Assembly (NCBI GenBank): GCA_000146465.1
Contig: CP001944.1
DNA length: 64,000 nucleotides
Reading direction: 5' to 3' (one strand)
How positions within the stretch are numbered: the first letter of the stretch is position 1; each line of letters starts with the position of its first letter. Position numbers and translations under genes: made by a program. Shown here piece after piece: positions 10,770 to 20,044 of the stretch. A model generated the notes under the pieces. That model was given only the letters and a program-made list of their open reading frames with translations, did no database searches and was not told where the DNA came from.

Positions 10770-12488
10770 ATGACTCCTATTTGGTTATTTCTAGGATGTG
10801 CTCTCTGTTCTCTTGAAAGTGACATGCTGAGATACACAAACAAATTCAGGAAGGAGCACAACATGGAGGAACTATACAACCTACCTTCCTTGCAGAAGGC
10901 TGCGGATCTGCAAGTGCTGCACATGTGTAAGAAATCCAAGCTTACACATGACGGACCAAGCGGAGAAGGATTTAACCTTGCAGGAAGGTTGAAAAAGTTT
11001 GATTTTGTCGGACTCAACATAGGAGAGAATATAGCTAAGCAAGAGAATGATGACTATAAGGAGGTGGTTAAACTTTGGATGAAGTCTGAAGAGCATAGAA
11101 ACAACATTCTCGGAGACTATGTATACTCTGGGGTTTCCACATGTATTGGGAAGGATGGGAACAGATATTGGGCCCAGGTCTTCGGGAAAGACATCAGTAA
11201 CACAAAAATTGCCAAGATGAGGAATGAGGGGAAGCCACTGATTTGCCTGGAGTGCAATATGAAAGATGAAGACAAATCGGATAGAGAAAGAAAAACACAT
11301 GAAGAAGGAGAAGACCTCGGAGTCGGAGACTACATAATGGTGGTTCCTCCGGAGTATGGAAAAGAACCAGAAAAAAGAGAAGGATCTTTTGGAGGAGTTT
11401 ATGAAGATGCTCGGAATGAAAATGTTGGTTCTATCGAAACTCAGCCGGATGTAGAGAGTCCTAGCAGAGGAGGAAAACGGATACCTGAAATAAGCTTAGG
11501 TAGAAAGAGGTATCCGGGACAGAACATTGTTCGAAGACCTAAGTATTCGTCCTCCCACGAGCGCAATACTAGGAAGGAGGAAAGAGAATTGTTAAGTCTA
11601 GGAGATTATCTTATTCCACCACAGAGCGAAAGCACCGAGCATCCAAAAACTAGCACTTCGACTTCAGAGAGTTTGTATTCAACAACGACTCAAAAAACAG
11701 TCTCCACCGTCACTCCAAGCACCAGCATCCGAACCTCAACAATACCAATCTTCACACTTGTATTCAAGGACTCGGGAAATTCCACTGTGGTTCCTGCACT
11801 TCAATCTTTGATTGATGCAATCAAAGGAACATCTTCTCAGGAGAAGAGTAGCAGTAGCAAGACTGTCTTCTCTGTGGGGTCGACACTTTATTCTACTTCG
11901 GGGATAAGCACTTTCAGTTCAAGCATTCAGTCTCCTTTGTCTAGTACTACACAAACATCCTCATCTTCACTAAGCAGCAAAGAAGCAATATCCACAGTTA
12001 CAGTCACTTCAACCGCTCGTGAGTCCGTCACAGTGTATCTCCCCAAATACCAGATAACGACAACGACAACGACCGTGCCATCGGAAAGAAAGGATTCCAA
12101 GGCCCCACAGAACAGAGATGGGTCTTTCAACCAGGGAGGTCTAAGGATTGAGTCCCCAAAGCATCTGGAGTTCATTGGGGGAGCTGGAAGCGGAGGAAGC
12201 ATAAGCCCTGTTGTAAAGTTGGATGACAGACATAATGCAGGACAAAACGAAAAGGAAAATGACTCTGGCAACGAGGGAGGATGCAAGGAAGGATACAACA
12301 ACGACGGAAGCTGTATACTTTCCAAGTCGCTGGATGATTTGAAGCTCAAGGATACCCTCGAGAATCTGGTTCGAAAGGGAAAGATCCATCTTCATATTCT
12401 GTCGGACGAAGACTGCGGAGACAAGGAGGAATGTTATGAAAGCAAAAATAGAGTTGACATAGGAATTCCGTTTTCTTATAAACTTTAA
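10770..12488 (+). CDS. Secreted CAP/SCP/PR-1-domain protein with a long Ser/Thr-rich mucin-like stalk.
   Basis: The N-terminal segment MTPIWLFLGCALCSLES is hydrophobic and signal-like. CAP-domain motifs follow (HMCKKSKLTHDG, SEEHRNNILGDYVYSGVSTC, YWAQVFG). The region of roughly 11640-12080 encodes near-pure S/T low complexity (STSTSESLYSTTTQKTVSTVTPSTSIRTSTIP..., TTTTTVPSERK). Confidence 0.7.
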   Translation: MTPIWLFLGCALCSLESDMLRYTNKFRKEHNMEELYNLPSLQKAADLQVLHMCKKSKLTHDGPSGEGFNLAGRLKKFDFVGLNIGENIAKQENDDYKEVVKLWMKSEEHRNNILGDYVYSGVSTCIGKDGNRYWAQVFGKDISNTKIAKMRNEGKPLICLECNMKDEDKSDRERKTHEEGEDLGVGDYIMVVPPEYGKEPEKREGSFGGVYEDARNENVGSIETQPDVESPSRGGKRIPEISLGRKRYPGQNIVRRPKYSSSHERNTRKEERELLSLGDYLIPPQSESTEHPKTSTSTSESLYSTTTQKTVSTVTPSTSIRTSTIPIFTLVFKDSGNSTVVPALQSLIDAIKGTSSQEKSSSSKTVFSVGSTLYSTSGISTFSSSIQSPLSSTTQTSSSSLSSKEAISTVTVTSTARESVTVYLPKYQITTTTTTVPSERKDSKAPQNRDGSFNQGGLRIESPKHLEFIGGAGSGGSISPVVKLDDRHNAGQNEKENDSGNEGGCKEGYNNDGSCILSKSLDDLKLKDTLENLVRKGKIHLHILSDEDCGDKEECYESKNRVDIGIPFSYKL

Positions 12489-12552
12489 GGTTATTTTTTA
12501 AAGGAAGTTGTTTTAATCTTGGAAAACCTAAATTATTTATTCTGTCTGAGCT

Positions 12553-14199
12553 CTATTCCAACACCAGCCCCAAGTCGCGGATGAAGCCATACAGAACTAT
12601 CAAGAATGCGTCTTCCTGTGCTTTCAGGGTCTTTATGTCCTGATTTTGGATCCAGAACACAACGTCAATATTTATCCCTATTGAGGAGTTGTTCTTCAAG
12701 TCATACCCGTACACACTAAACTTTCCTGTGTATACATTAGGATCCGAGGCCACCTCCTTTTCGATTGCAGAGTTCAGCTCCGCCATCTTGTCTTTAAATT
12801 CCAGAGAGTTTAAAAATGTAAACTTAAACTGTTTCAGTGACGTCCTTGCCTTTCTGAGGTTGACTATGGTCTTGTCCATGATCTTGGCATTGGGAATCAC
12901 TGTGACTTTCTTGTCAACTACAAACGAGGTGTAGAGAAGGCCCATGTCGTACACCTTGTGAAGGTGGCCGTCTATAAGGATTTTGTCTCCAACATCAAAT
13001 GTCTTGACGAGAAATATGAACACCAGAGACCTGAACATCTCTGTGAGAATCGAAGCAAAGATCGCATTGAGGGAAAGGAGTGTACCAAACTGGATGGGGA
13101 TGAAGTTGACAAAATTAACCTCACTCTCCACTATTGGAATGGTGGCCGAAATCCCAAACGGAATGAGTATGCAGGAGAGAACAATGTCCAACTTCTCGAC
13201 AATCGTGACCTTCTGAGCCATTCCCATAGTGATTCTCTTATCCTCGTTTAGAATGTCCTGATACACAAGGACAAAGCTACTTCTTGTCACCCTGCCATCC
13301 CCGTATATATCGAAGCGCTCAAATATCTTTCGTGCACTATCGGTTCCAAAGAAGTATTCGAGGGTCTGAATGTCAACAGTATCCTTTTCCGGAGAAACTG
13401 TCTTGAATACAAGACTTCCCCAGCTCTCGACATCTGGATCCGACTCCATCTTCTTGCCAGTTATTCTGTTCAGCTCCTCGAGCATCTTCATGTCCTCATA
13501 GTTCTTCTGGATTCTATCCTCATAGTTTTCAAAGAGCATCTTGTAGTTTATCCTCTCCATAAGAATGGTCTTTGCCAGAATTATCCCAAGAAACATAGAG
13601 CTTGCAAGAAGAAGCCTGCTTAGTTTGTCTATAAATGGAGTCTTTGTCTCAACTAGCCTGGCAGAAGAGCTTCCTGACTCCCCAGGATGGGTCTCTTCCT
13701 TTGGTAGCTCTGCGTTCCCCTCTTCGCCAGTCCTGGCACTCTCTCCGTCTATGATCTCTGTTCCATGGTTGTAGCTTCCCATGACAAAAGAGAGAATCAA
13801 CAGTGTGAGAACAAGACTTATAAGCCATCCATTCCTTATTAAAGTGCTCTGAAGGAATCTTTGCTTCTCGTCAATCTTCTTGAGAGTGATCGAGAAGTAT
13901 GTCAGTATAAGCTCAAGCATAAACCAAATCATAATACCAATGAGAAGGCACAGAAGAAGTTTTTCGGTTGCCAATGGGGGCTGGGCCTTTCCATTAGGTT
14001 CTATCTTTGATAGAATAAACGAATAGTGGCATATGTATGCTAGGATCCCGGAAATAATGGATCCCCCAAGGTAGATAAGGATCCATACCGATGAGGGAGG
14101 ACTTGGATCGTCCACGTGTCTCTTCCCCGACGGCTTCTTCTCCACAAAGAAGTCGGACTCCTCAACCTGCTGTATGCTTTCAATTTTCTCGGTTCGCAT
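12553..14199 (-). CDS. MscS-family mechanosensitive channel (eukaryotic Msy-like) with an EF-hand.
   Basis: Several TM segments precede a conserved MscS core (FDVGDKILIDGHLHKVYDMGLLYTSFVVDKKVTVIPNAKIMDKTIVNLRKA). An EF-hand-like loop (FERFDIYGDGRVTRSSF) lies upstream of that core. ATG start. Confidence 0.8.
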   Translation of the reverse strand: MRTEKIESIQQVEESDFFVEKKPSGKRHVDDPSPPSSVWILIYLGGSIISGILAYICHYSFILSKIEPNGKAQPPLATEKLLLCLLIGIMIWFMLELILTYFSITLKKIDEKQRFLQSTLIRNGWLISLVLTLLILSFVMGSYNHGTEIIDGESARTGEEGNAELPKEETHPGESGSSSARLVETKTPFIDKLSRLLLASSMFLGIILAKTILMERINYKMLFENYEDRIQKNYEDMKMLEELNRITGKKMESDPDVESWGSLVFKTVSPEKDTVDIQTLEYFFGTDSARKIFERFDIYGDGRVTRSSFVLVYQDILNEDKRITMGMAQKVTIVEKLDIVLSCILIPFGISATIPIVESEVNFVNFIPIQFGTLLSLNAIFASILTEMFRSLVFIFLVKTFDVGDKILIDGHLHKVYDMGLLYTSFVVDKKVTVIPNAKIMDKTIVNLRKARTSLKQFKFTFLNSLEFKDKMAELNSAIEKEVASDPNVYTGKFSVYGYDLKNNSSIGINIDVVFWIQNQDIKTLKAQEDAFLIVLYGFIRDLGLVLE

Positions 14200-14316
14200 A
14201 GCGTCCCAAGCTCACTTAGAATTATGCTTGAAAAGGAGAACAAACCATAACGGCTGAAGGGTTTTTAGTAATTCACATTGGAGGAAGGGCCTTGTGTCCA
14301 ATAGAGGCTTTAATGT

Positions 14317-15096
14317 TTAATTTTCGTCGGGATGATCCCCTTTTCCTTCGTCCCCCATTACATTCCCCTCCTCCCTGGAAGCCCAGAGGGTAAGGTTGTC
14401 CCTAAGAAGTTGCATGATTAGAGTTGAGTCTCTGTAGCTTTCCTCAGAAAGAGTGTCCAGCTCCTTGATGGCTTCATCAAAGGCATTCTTGGCTATAGAA
14501 CAGGCTTTTTCAGAGTCATTGAGGATCTCGTAGTGAAACACAGAATAATTCAATGCAAGGCCCAGCTTTATGGGATTTGTGGGTGTAAGGGTCCTTGCCT
14601 TCTCTGTGGCCTCCTTGTAGGACTCTGCCGCATGCTTCGACACCTCCTTGTGCTCTGCCCCTGTGATGACTTCGGCCTTGTATCTGTAGTAGTCTCCCTT
14701 CATCTTCAGAAAGAAAATAAAATACTCAACATTCTTTCTTGCCTCCTCCAGGCTCAGTATGTATGTTGTGATGATGTCCAGGACCTCATCGCAGAACTTC
14801 AGAAGCTCCTCTTCAACAACCTTTATCTTTTCATCGATGACATAGACCACATTCTGGTCCTTCCCTTCAAGTTTCTGTCTTTCAGAGCATAGCATTCTCC
14901 AGCTCGATCTTCTTGAACTCACAAGGTTCTTGTATGCAACGGAAAAGAGGTTTCTTGCCATCACATTGAGAACATGCTTGTCCTCATGTGCGAGCACCAC
15001 AGCTTGCTTCATCTCCTTTGCCATGTCGTCATATCTTTCTGCCATGTCACTAAGATTTGCCTTCTGTAACGCCTCTTCATACTGCTTGGATACCAT
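14317..15096 (-). CDS. BMH1: 14-3-3 protein.
   Basis: Near full-length match to 14-3-3 (MAKEMKQAVVLAHEDKHVLNVMARNLFSVAYKNLVSSRRSSWRM, YYRYKAEV, NPIKLGLALNYSVFHYEILN, LIMQLLRDNLTLW). Confidence 0.95.
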   Translation of the reverse strand: MVSKQYEEALQKANLSDMAERYDDMAKEMKQAVVLAHEDKHVLNVMARNLFSVAYKNLVSSRRSSWRMLCSERQKLEGKDQNVVYVIDEKIKVVEEELLKFCDEVLDIITTYILSLEEARKNVEYFIFFLKMKGDYYRYKAEVITGAEHKEVSKHAAESYKEATEKARTLTPTNPIKLGLALNYSVFHYEILNDSEKACSIAKNAFDEAIKELDTLSEESYRDSTLIMQLLRDNLTLWASREEGNVMGDEGKGDHPDEN

Positions 15097-15188
15097 TTCT
15101 TAAGCCCCCATCTATTTTTATTTTTATTTTTATTCAATAGGAGACGTCAGCAGATTTAGAGAGGATAAAAATTAACCCAGTAGGGCTG

Positions 15189-16208
15189 ATGGACTGGTAT
15201 CTAAAGAAGTATCCAGACGCCAAGATCCTTGCCGACAGGCTCTCCATGCTGGCACAAACCGATGGGGAGGACATGTCGAAGTACCTTGATTCCGAAAACC
15301 TATCTCTAGCAGATTGCATATACACAGAAAGATTGTACAGATCTAGGGATGTCAAAAGGACATTGAGAAGGGTTGCAGCAAAAGAAGGTTCAAGGATAGA
15401 AAAGATTGTTTATGAAATGCTCTGCAAGAGAAAGATTGTTTTCGACGACTATCTGCTGAAGCTGTCTTTTATAAAGAGATTTGGAAGGTTTAAGAGGTTT
15501 TTTATTGATGGGAAGGAACCTGAATACCGGATGGAGATGATGGTCCACAAACTCCTCTATCTCGGGGAAAATGTTGTTGAGGAAGTTGAGAAAGAGATTG
15601 TAAGAGTTCCGGGTGACAAGGCATGGGTTTACATGGGTTTTCTTGGATCTTCTGTGGGGCGGGATGTGATTATGGAGGTTATGAGCCGTGTGAGTATTGA
15701 GTTCAAGCCCTTTGTCGGCTCTTTCCTCCAAAAGGAAGATTACTACAACAAGATGTGCAGTGTGATTCTGAAGTCCCCTTCCGAAGAAAGAGGGGCCGTA
15801 ATCTTGTCAATGGGAGTCCTTGACAAGGCCCAATTCTACAGGTCACTTCTTCATGTATGGTTTTCCGAGAGTGGAGGGAAGAGAAGATTCAACGACCTTA
15901 TTGAGATAATGAGGGAAGTGAAGGTAGACAGGAGAATGAAGACGGAGATTATTGATGGGTATCTAAACGGGCTTATCTACCAGAGGAGGGTAGGGGAGTT
16001 TATGAAGCTATTTAAGCTTGCAAAAAGAATGAAGATCTGCAGAGATGAACACAAGCTGTTTGAAAAGCTTTATAATGCTGTCCGTAAGTACAAAAGAGAA
16101 GGGAAGCTGGACCTAAGAAGGTTTCTAGATGGATGCAAGGAAAGAAAGAAGAAGGATTTGGTGTCTCCGTACAGCTGGGAAAGTATACATGAAATGTACA
16201 GAGAATGA
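15189..16208 (+). CDS. Hypothetical protein, 339 aa.
   Basis: ATG-started ORF with coding-like composition. No recognisable domain. Confidence 0.5.
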   Translation: MDWYLKKYPDAKILADRLSMLAQTDGEDMSKYLDSENLSLADCIYTERLYRSRDVKRTLRRVAAKEGSRIEKIVYEMLCKRKIVFDDYLLKLSFIKRFGRFKRFFIDGKEPEYRMEMMVHKLLYLGENVVEEVEKEIVRVPGDKAWVYMGFLGSSVGRDVIMEVMSRVSIEFKPFVGSFLQKEDYYNKMCSVILKSPSEERGAVILSMGVLDKAQFYRSLLHVWFSESGGKRRFNDLIEIMREVKVDRRMKTEIIDGYLNGLIYQRRVGEFMKLFKLAKRMKICRDEHKLFEKLYNAVRKYKREGKLDLRRFLDGCKERKKKDLVSPYSWESIHEMYRE

Positions 16209-16270
16209 TTGGAAGGCCTGGGGTTTCCTTTCTGCATGGAGGATAAATTTTGTGGGCTCTCATCCTTGGG

Positions 16271-17314
16271 ATGGTAGTGGTAGGAAGAGAAGAGGAGTAC
16301 TTGAAGCTGGAACGCTATCTAGACATGTTTTTTAGCACAGAGACAGGAGGGATTGTCTACATAAGTGGGGTTCCGGGATCTGGGAAGACACACACGGTGT
16401 TGAGACTGATGGAAAAAAGACAGGTCAAGCATCTGTTCTTGAATGCAGCTGGGTTGAGGTTAAAAAGGGATGTTTATAAGTGGATCCTCACAAATCTATC
16501 CTGCTGCACCGATCCAAAGCGTATGTATTTAAAAAGTCTCCAGAAACACTTTATGGAATGTATTTCTCACCATGTGGTTGTGATTGATGAAGTGGATATT
16601 CTTATAGGAAGGAGCCAAGAAGTGTTATACAATTTGTTTGATATGCCATACCTGGAAAACAGCAAGCTTCTGCTGTTTGTAATTTCCAATACAATGAATC
16701 TTCCCGAGAGACTGTTTGAGCCTAAGGTTTGTAGCCGGATAGGAGGGAGAAGAGTTAACTTCACGCCATACACATCTGCACAACTGTGTGAGATGGCTGG
16801 AAGTTGCGGAGTGAACAAGGGTTGTGTTGAGCTTGTTTCAAAGAGAATTGGGGGAGTCAGTGGAGATGCTCGAAAGGTAAGGGATGTGATTGAGAGGGTT
16901 AAAGAAAGTGAGAGGGGGAGTGAGGCAGGGATATTAGATGTGGACGATATTATGAGAAAAATGTATGTTCCTGTATACACCTACTACCTTCAAAACCTGT
17001 CTTCTTATCAAAAAACCATTATATTTCTGGTTAGCGGAAGCGAGCAGGACAGAATGAAAACCAATGAACTTTACGATGAGTTTGTCTCTTTCTGCAGAAG
17101 ATCTGGAATGAAAGAAGTGGGGTTTTTTGAGTACTTGGATCTCCTCGAGGTGTTAGTGGACTACGGGCTCCTTGGAGTTAGGAGCTTGGGGAAAGAGATT
17201 CAATGTATGGTTCTGCGGGAGGAGGTTGAAAAGAGCCTTGGGTCGGACAAGGAGTATCTGGAAATAACCGGGAGGGCGGGGAGTAGAAGATGTTTTTTGA
17301 AGAACTCTGGTTAA
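16271..17314 (+). CDS. CDC6: Cdc6/Orc1-like AAA+ replication initiation ATPase.
   Basis: Walker A GVPGSGKTHTV, Walker B VVVIDEVDIL, sensor region LLLFVISNTMNLPERL, and a winged-helix-like C-terminus. First in-frame ATG at 16271; the ORF track starts at TTG 16250. Confidence 0.75.
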   Translation: MVVVGREEEYLKLERYLDMFFSTETGGIVYISGVPGSGKTHTVLRLMEKRQVKHLFLNAAGLRLKRDVYKWILTNLSCCTDPKRMYLKSLQKHFMECISHHVVVIDEVDILIGRSQEVLYNLFDMPYLENSKLLLFVISNTMNLPERLFEPKVCSRIGGRRVNFTPYTSAQLCEMAGSCGVNKGCVELVSKRIGGVSGDARKVRDVIERVKESERGSEAGILDVDDIMRKMYVPVYTYYLQNLSSYQKTIIFLVSGSEQDRMKTNELYDEFVSFCRRSGMKEVGFFEYLDLLEVLVDYGLLGVRSLGKEIQCMVLREEVEKSLGSDKEYLEITGRAGSRRCFLKNSG

Positions 17315-17339
17315 AATCCGAAGAGAGAAGACCCATCAA

Positions 17340-17822
17340 ATGGATCAAAAACTCAAGCACTTTCTTGACAACTCGAACTTCCGAAGAGACAGGAGAAACA
17401 AGAAAAAGAAAGTTGAGACGTCTGGGGGAAAGAGAGAAGCAGGACAGGAGGAGATCTTGATGATTAAGAACGGGCAGATTGTTGTCAATGATGCAAACAT
17501 GTATGTGGACACACATCGGGATGTGGAGATGGAGGTGATGGAAGACGACCGGATTGTGACATCCTCGACCTTTAGCAAGAAGAAAGGAGCACTAAGGTGG
17601 AGCAAAAAAGAGATAGAGCTGTTTTATAAGGCGTTAGAAATCTGTGGGATTGAATTTTCATTAATAAGCTCCCTTTTTCCGAACAAGGAGAGAAAGCACA
17701 TCAAAGCGAAGTACATAAAGGAAGCGAAGGTCAACCCCGAGAGGATCAACGAGGTACTGAACGAGTATAAAACATTTGATCAGGTGGCATACAACAAGCT
17801 CCGAAGCTATCTTCTTGAGTGA
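17340..17822 (+). CDS. BDP1: SANT/Myb-domain protein resembling TFIIIB B'' (Bdp1).
   Basis: RWSKKEIELFYKALEICGIEFSLISSLFPNKERKHIKAKYIKE matches the Bdp1 SANT consensus (W..E...F..AL...G.DF..I...FP.R.R..IK.K). The N-terminus is basic. Confidence 0.5.
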   Translation: MDQKLKHFLDNSNFRRDRRNKKKKVETSGGKREAGQEEILMIKNGQIVVNDANMYVDTHRDVEMEVMEDDRIVTSSTFSKKKGALRWSKKEIELFYKALEICGIEFSLISSLFPNKERKHIKAKYIKEAKVNPERINEVLNEYKTFDQVAYNKLRSYLLE

Positions 17823-17859
17823 AAAAGTTTAATAAATCTGTTCTATCCTCCTATAGGGT

Positions 17860-18549
17860 TTAGAGTAACTTATCCTTGGCAGTTGATGAGTGGATCTTTG
17901 CATTGATGATCCTGGAGATCTGAAGGAACAGCTTGTAATAAGCAAAGACAAGTAAGGTTGCAGCAGCAACCAAGGCCATTCTCATCGATATCGACATATA
18001 TCCTAGAAAAGGGTACACCCAGGAGTTGTTGAGTCTTTGGAAGTAATGGATTACCATAAAGTAGACAAACCCAAAGATGGCAAAGGTCCAGTAATGTCTT
18101 CTTGCTCCATAGATATTGACGCCTACTTGATCTATCAGAAGGAGAATAAATGGGAACAGATGGATGGACATCTCCGATATTAGCGGAGTCCTAACACCTG
18201 CCATATAAAGATCCTTATTCTTGAGAAGTGTCGGATCTATGGCATTAAGTGTCCAGAATACTGTTGTCACTAGTCCCTCCAGAGGAAGAGTAATGGAAAG
18301 AAAGTCTCTGTACACCTCTTTAATTCTTGAGGCTCCAAAATGTTTTACGCAGTAACTTAGAGACAACGTCATTATTGTCATGTAAAGACTTATCTGGGTG
18401 ATATAAATGTGGCTTCTTCCAGCAAGCTTGTCGATGAACTTCACCCACTCCTTTGGCTGGGAGTAGTCTGTTGCCCCGTAGATACAAAGTACGAAGAGGA
18501 TTATCTTGAAGATTTCCTTTGAAGCCAAAAGACGGCTAGAACTTTCCAT
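17860..18549 (-). CDS. AIG1/FAR-17a-family multipass membrane protein, tandem copy A.
   Basis: Six predicted TM segments. Motifs resemble AIG1/ADTRP (HLFPFILLLID, WVYPFLGYMS, VFWTLNAIDPTLL). Start taken at the in-frame ATG at 18549; the track uses TTG 18594. Confidence 0.6.
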   Translation of the reverse strand: MESSSRLLASKEIFKIILFVLCIYGATDYSQPKEWVKFIDKLAGRSHIYITQISLYMTIMTLSLSYCVKHFGASRIKEVYRDFLSITLPLEGLVTTVFWTLNAIDPTLLKNKDLYMAGVRTPLISEMSIHLFPFILLLIDQVGVNIYGARRHYWTFAIFGFVYFMVIHYFQRLNNSWVYPFLGYMSISMRMALVAAATLLVFAYYKLFLQISRIINAKIHSSTAKDKLL

Positions 18550-18651
18550 AAGATTATGTGGCTTTGAAGGATAAAAAGAATCTAGGAGTAACAAACTTTT
18601 AATGTATCAATGAAATGAGGAGATGTGATAATCAATGGGTCCCCGACCAAT

Positions 18652-19341
18652 TCAAAAGGATCTATTATCCTCTTTCACTGGCTCATACTTCCCATGAACC
18701 AAATCGTTAACTCCAAGAAGGCCTAAGTAACATCCAGTACCGATAAGACATGCCATAAAAATGAAGAGTATCCTCCCAATAGTGTTCATTTTCTTGAAAA
18801 TTGGATAGGGCCACTTGCCATCTACCGTGTAGAAGTACCAGGTTTCTAGGAAGTATAGAATGCCGAATCCAAATACAAAGGAAATGCATCTCTTCCGTTT
18901 TTTTAGCCTCACATCTATTTGGCATATCAGTAGGAGGAGAAGAGGAAACAAATGCTGGGAGAGCTCTGTTAATAAGCTTTCCTGGATTCCCTCACTATAA
19001 AGTTTCCTACTTTTCAGGAGAGTTGGGTTAATGAAGTACAAAATCCAAAACAGTAAGGTCACTATGCCCTCTAAGGAGAAGGAAAGAGCCAGCAAGTCTT
19101 TGTAAGTGGTTTCCAAACTCTTTCCGACTTTGGTTCTTGTGAGATACCCGATAACTGTTGTAATGATGGTTAAATACAGCGATAGTACAGTAAGGTATAC
19201 AAATTTTCCCCCAGAAGTTCGATTTATAGACTGAACTACTTGTTCCGGTAAGGCATAGTCCAACGTCCCGTACACACAAAAGCCCAGAAGTGTTACTTTC
19301 AATATCTCTTTTAGCATCCTTTTTATCTTTTCCTTTTCCAT
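18652..19341 (-). CDS. AIG1/FAR-17a-family multipass membrane protein, tandem copy B.
   Basis: It aligns by eye along its length with copy A (FCVYGTLDYALPEQV vs LCIYGATDYSQPKEW; FSLEGIVTLLFWILYFINPTLLKSRKLY vs LPLEGLVTTVFWTLNAIDPTLLKNKDLY; HLFPLLLLLICQ vs HLFPFILLLIDQ). Start taken at the ATG near 19341; the track uses TTG 19470. Confidence 0.6.
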   Translation of the reverse strand: MEKEKIKRMLKEILKVTLLGFCVYGTLDYALPEQVVQSINRTSGGKFVYLTVLSLYLTIITTVIGYLTRTKVGKSLETTYKDLLALSFSLEGIVTLLFWILYFINPTLLKSRKLYSEGIQESLLTELSQHLFPLLLLLICQIDVRLKKRKRCISFVFGFGILYFLETWYFYTVDGKWPYPIFKKMNTIGRILFIFMACLIGTGCYLGLLGVNDLVHGKYEPVKEDNRSF

Positions 19342-19500
19342 AAGGGGACGTTGTAAAACTCGAAAAATAATTAAAGCAAAGAGGGTGTGGGGATCTTTTT
19401 GTTTTGAATTTTGGAAGAGGGCGAGTAGGGATTCCTTTGGAGAGATGTTGATGGGGCCCGGATAAAACAATAAAAAAGAAGCCCTTCCAAACCTCTGGAA

Positions 19501-19971
19501 ATGTTAAAGATCTATGAGGATATAATCAATGAGGTTATATCCAGGCTTGAGCATGCCGAGGACGAGGCCAGCATTAGTAAGTCTGCTATCCATGAACTCC
19601 GAAACGAGTGGAGGGAAAGGCTTATTGAGTACACACAAGGGGAATGGGACGAGGACAGGATTGTTCAGAGAGGCGGAGAACAGGGATATCGGCACGTAAG
19701 GCCTTCAGAAGGGTCTGGAAGTGTTTTTGGGGGGAATCCCACGATGGAGAAGGAGCCTGGGATGTTTGAGGACTACGAGAGCTTGAGCGGATCGAGTGGA
19801 GACTCGGAGATAATAGGAAAGAAGGTTACCGCTGGGAACTGTATGGTCTGTCTGTATGTGAAGGTCAACATGTCAAAGGGGAAGTGGAAGTGTACATTTA
19901 AGCAGGGTTTTATCAGCATAGGGAAGATAGACTTTGTGTTTAACTCCGCCCAGGGGGAGCTTGAGTGGTGA
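19501..19971 (+). CDS. TOA1: TFIIA large subunit (Toa1-like, reduced).
   Basis: The N-terminus YEDIINEVISRLEH...ELRNEWRERL resembles the TFIIA-alpha helical N-terminus. The C-terminus CMVCLYVKVNMSKGKWKCTFKQGFISIGKIDFVFNSAQGELEW matches the TFIIA beta-barrel (C.YDKV.R.K.KWKC.LKDG......D..F.KA.G..EW). Confidence 0.6.
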   Translation: MLKIYEDIINEVISRLEHAEDEASISKSAIHELRNEWRERLIEYTQGEWDEDRIVQRGGEQGYRHVRPSEGSGSVFGGNPTMEKEPGMFEDYESLSGSSGDSEIIGKKVTAGNCMVCLYVKVNMSKGKWKCTFKQGFISIGKIDFVFNSAQGELEW

Positions 19972-20044
19972 AGAGATTTTATTTAATAAAGGATCCCTGT
20001 ATATTTGGTAAACGTTTGAGAAGTTGGCAGGATAAGCCCTGGAA

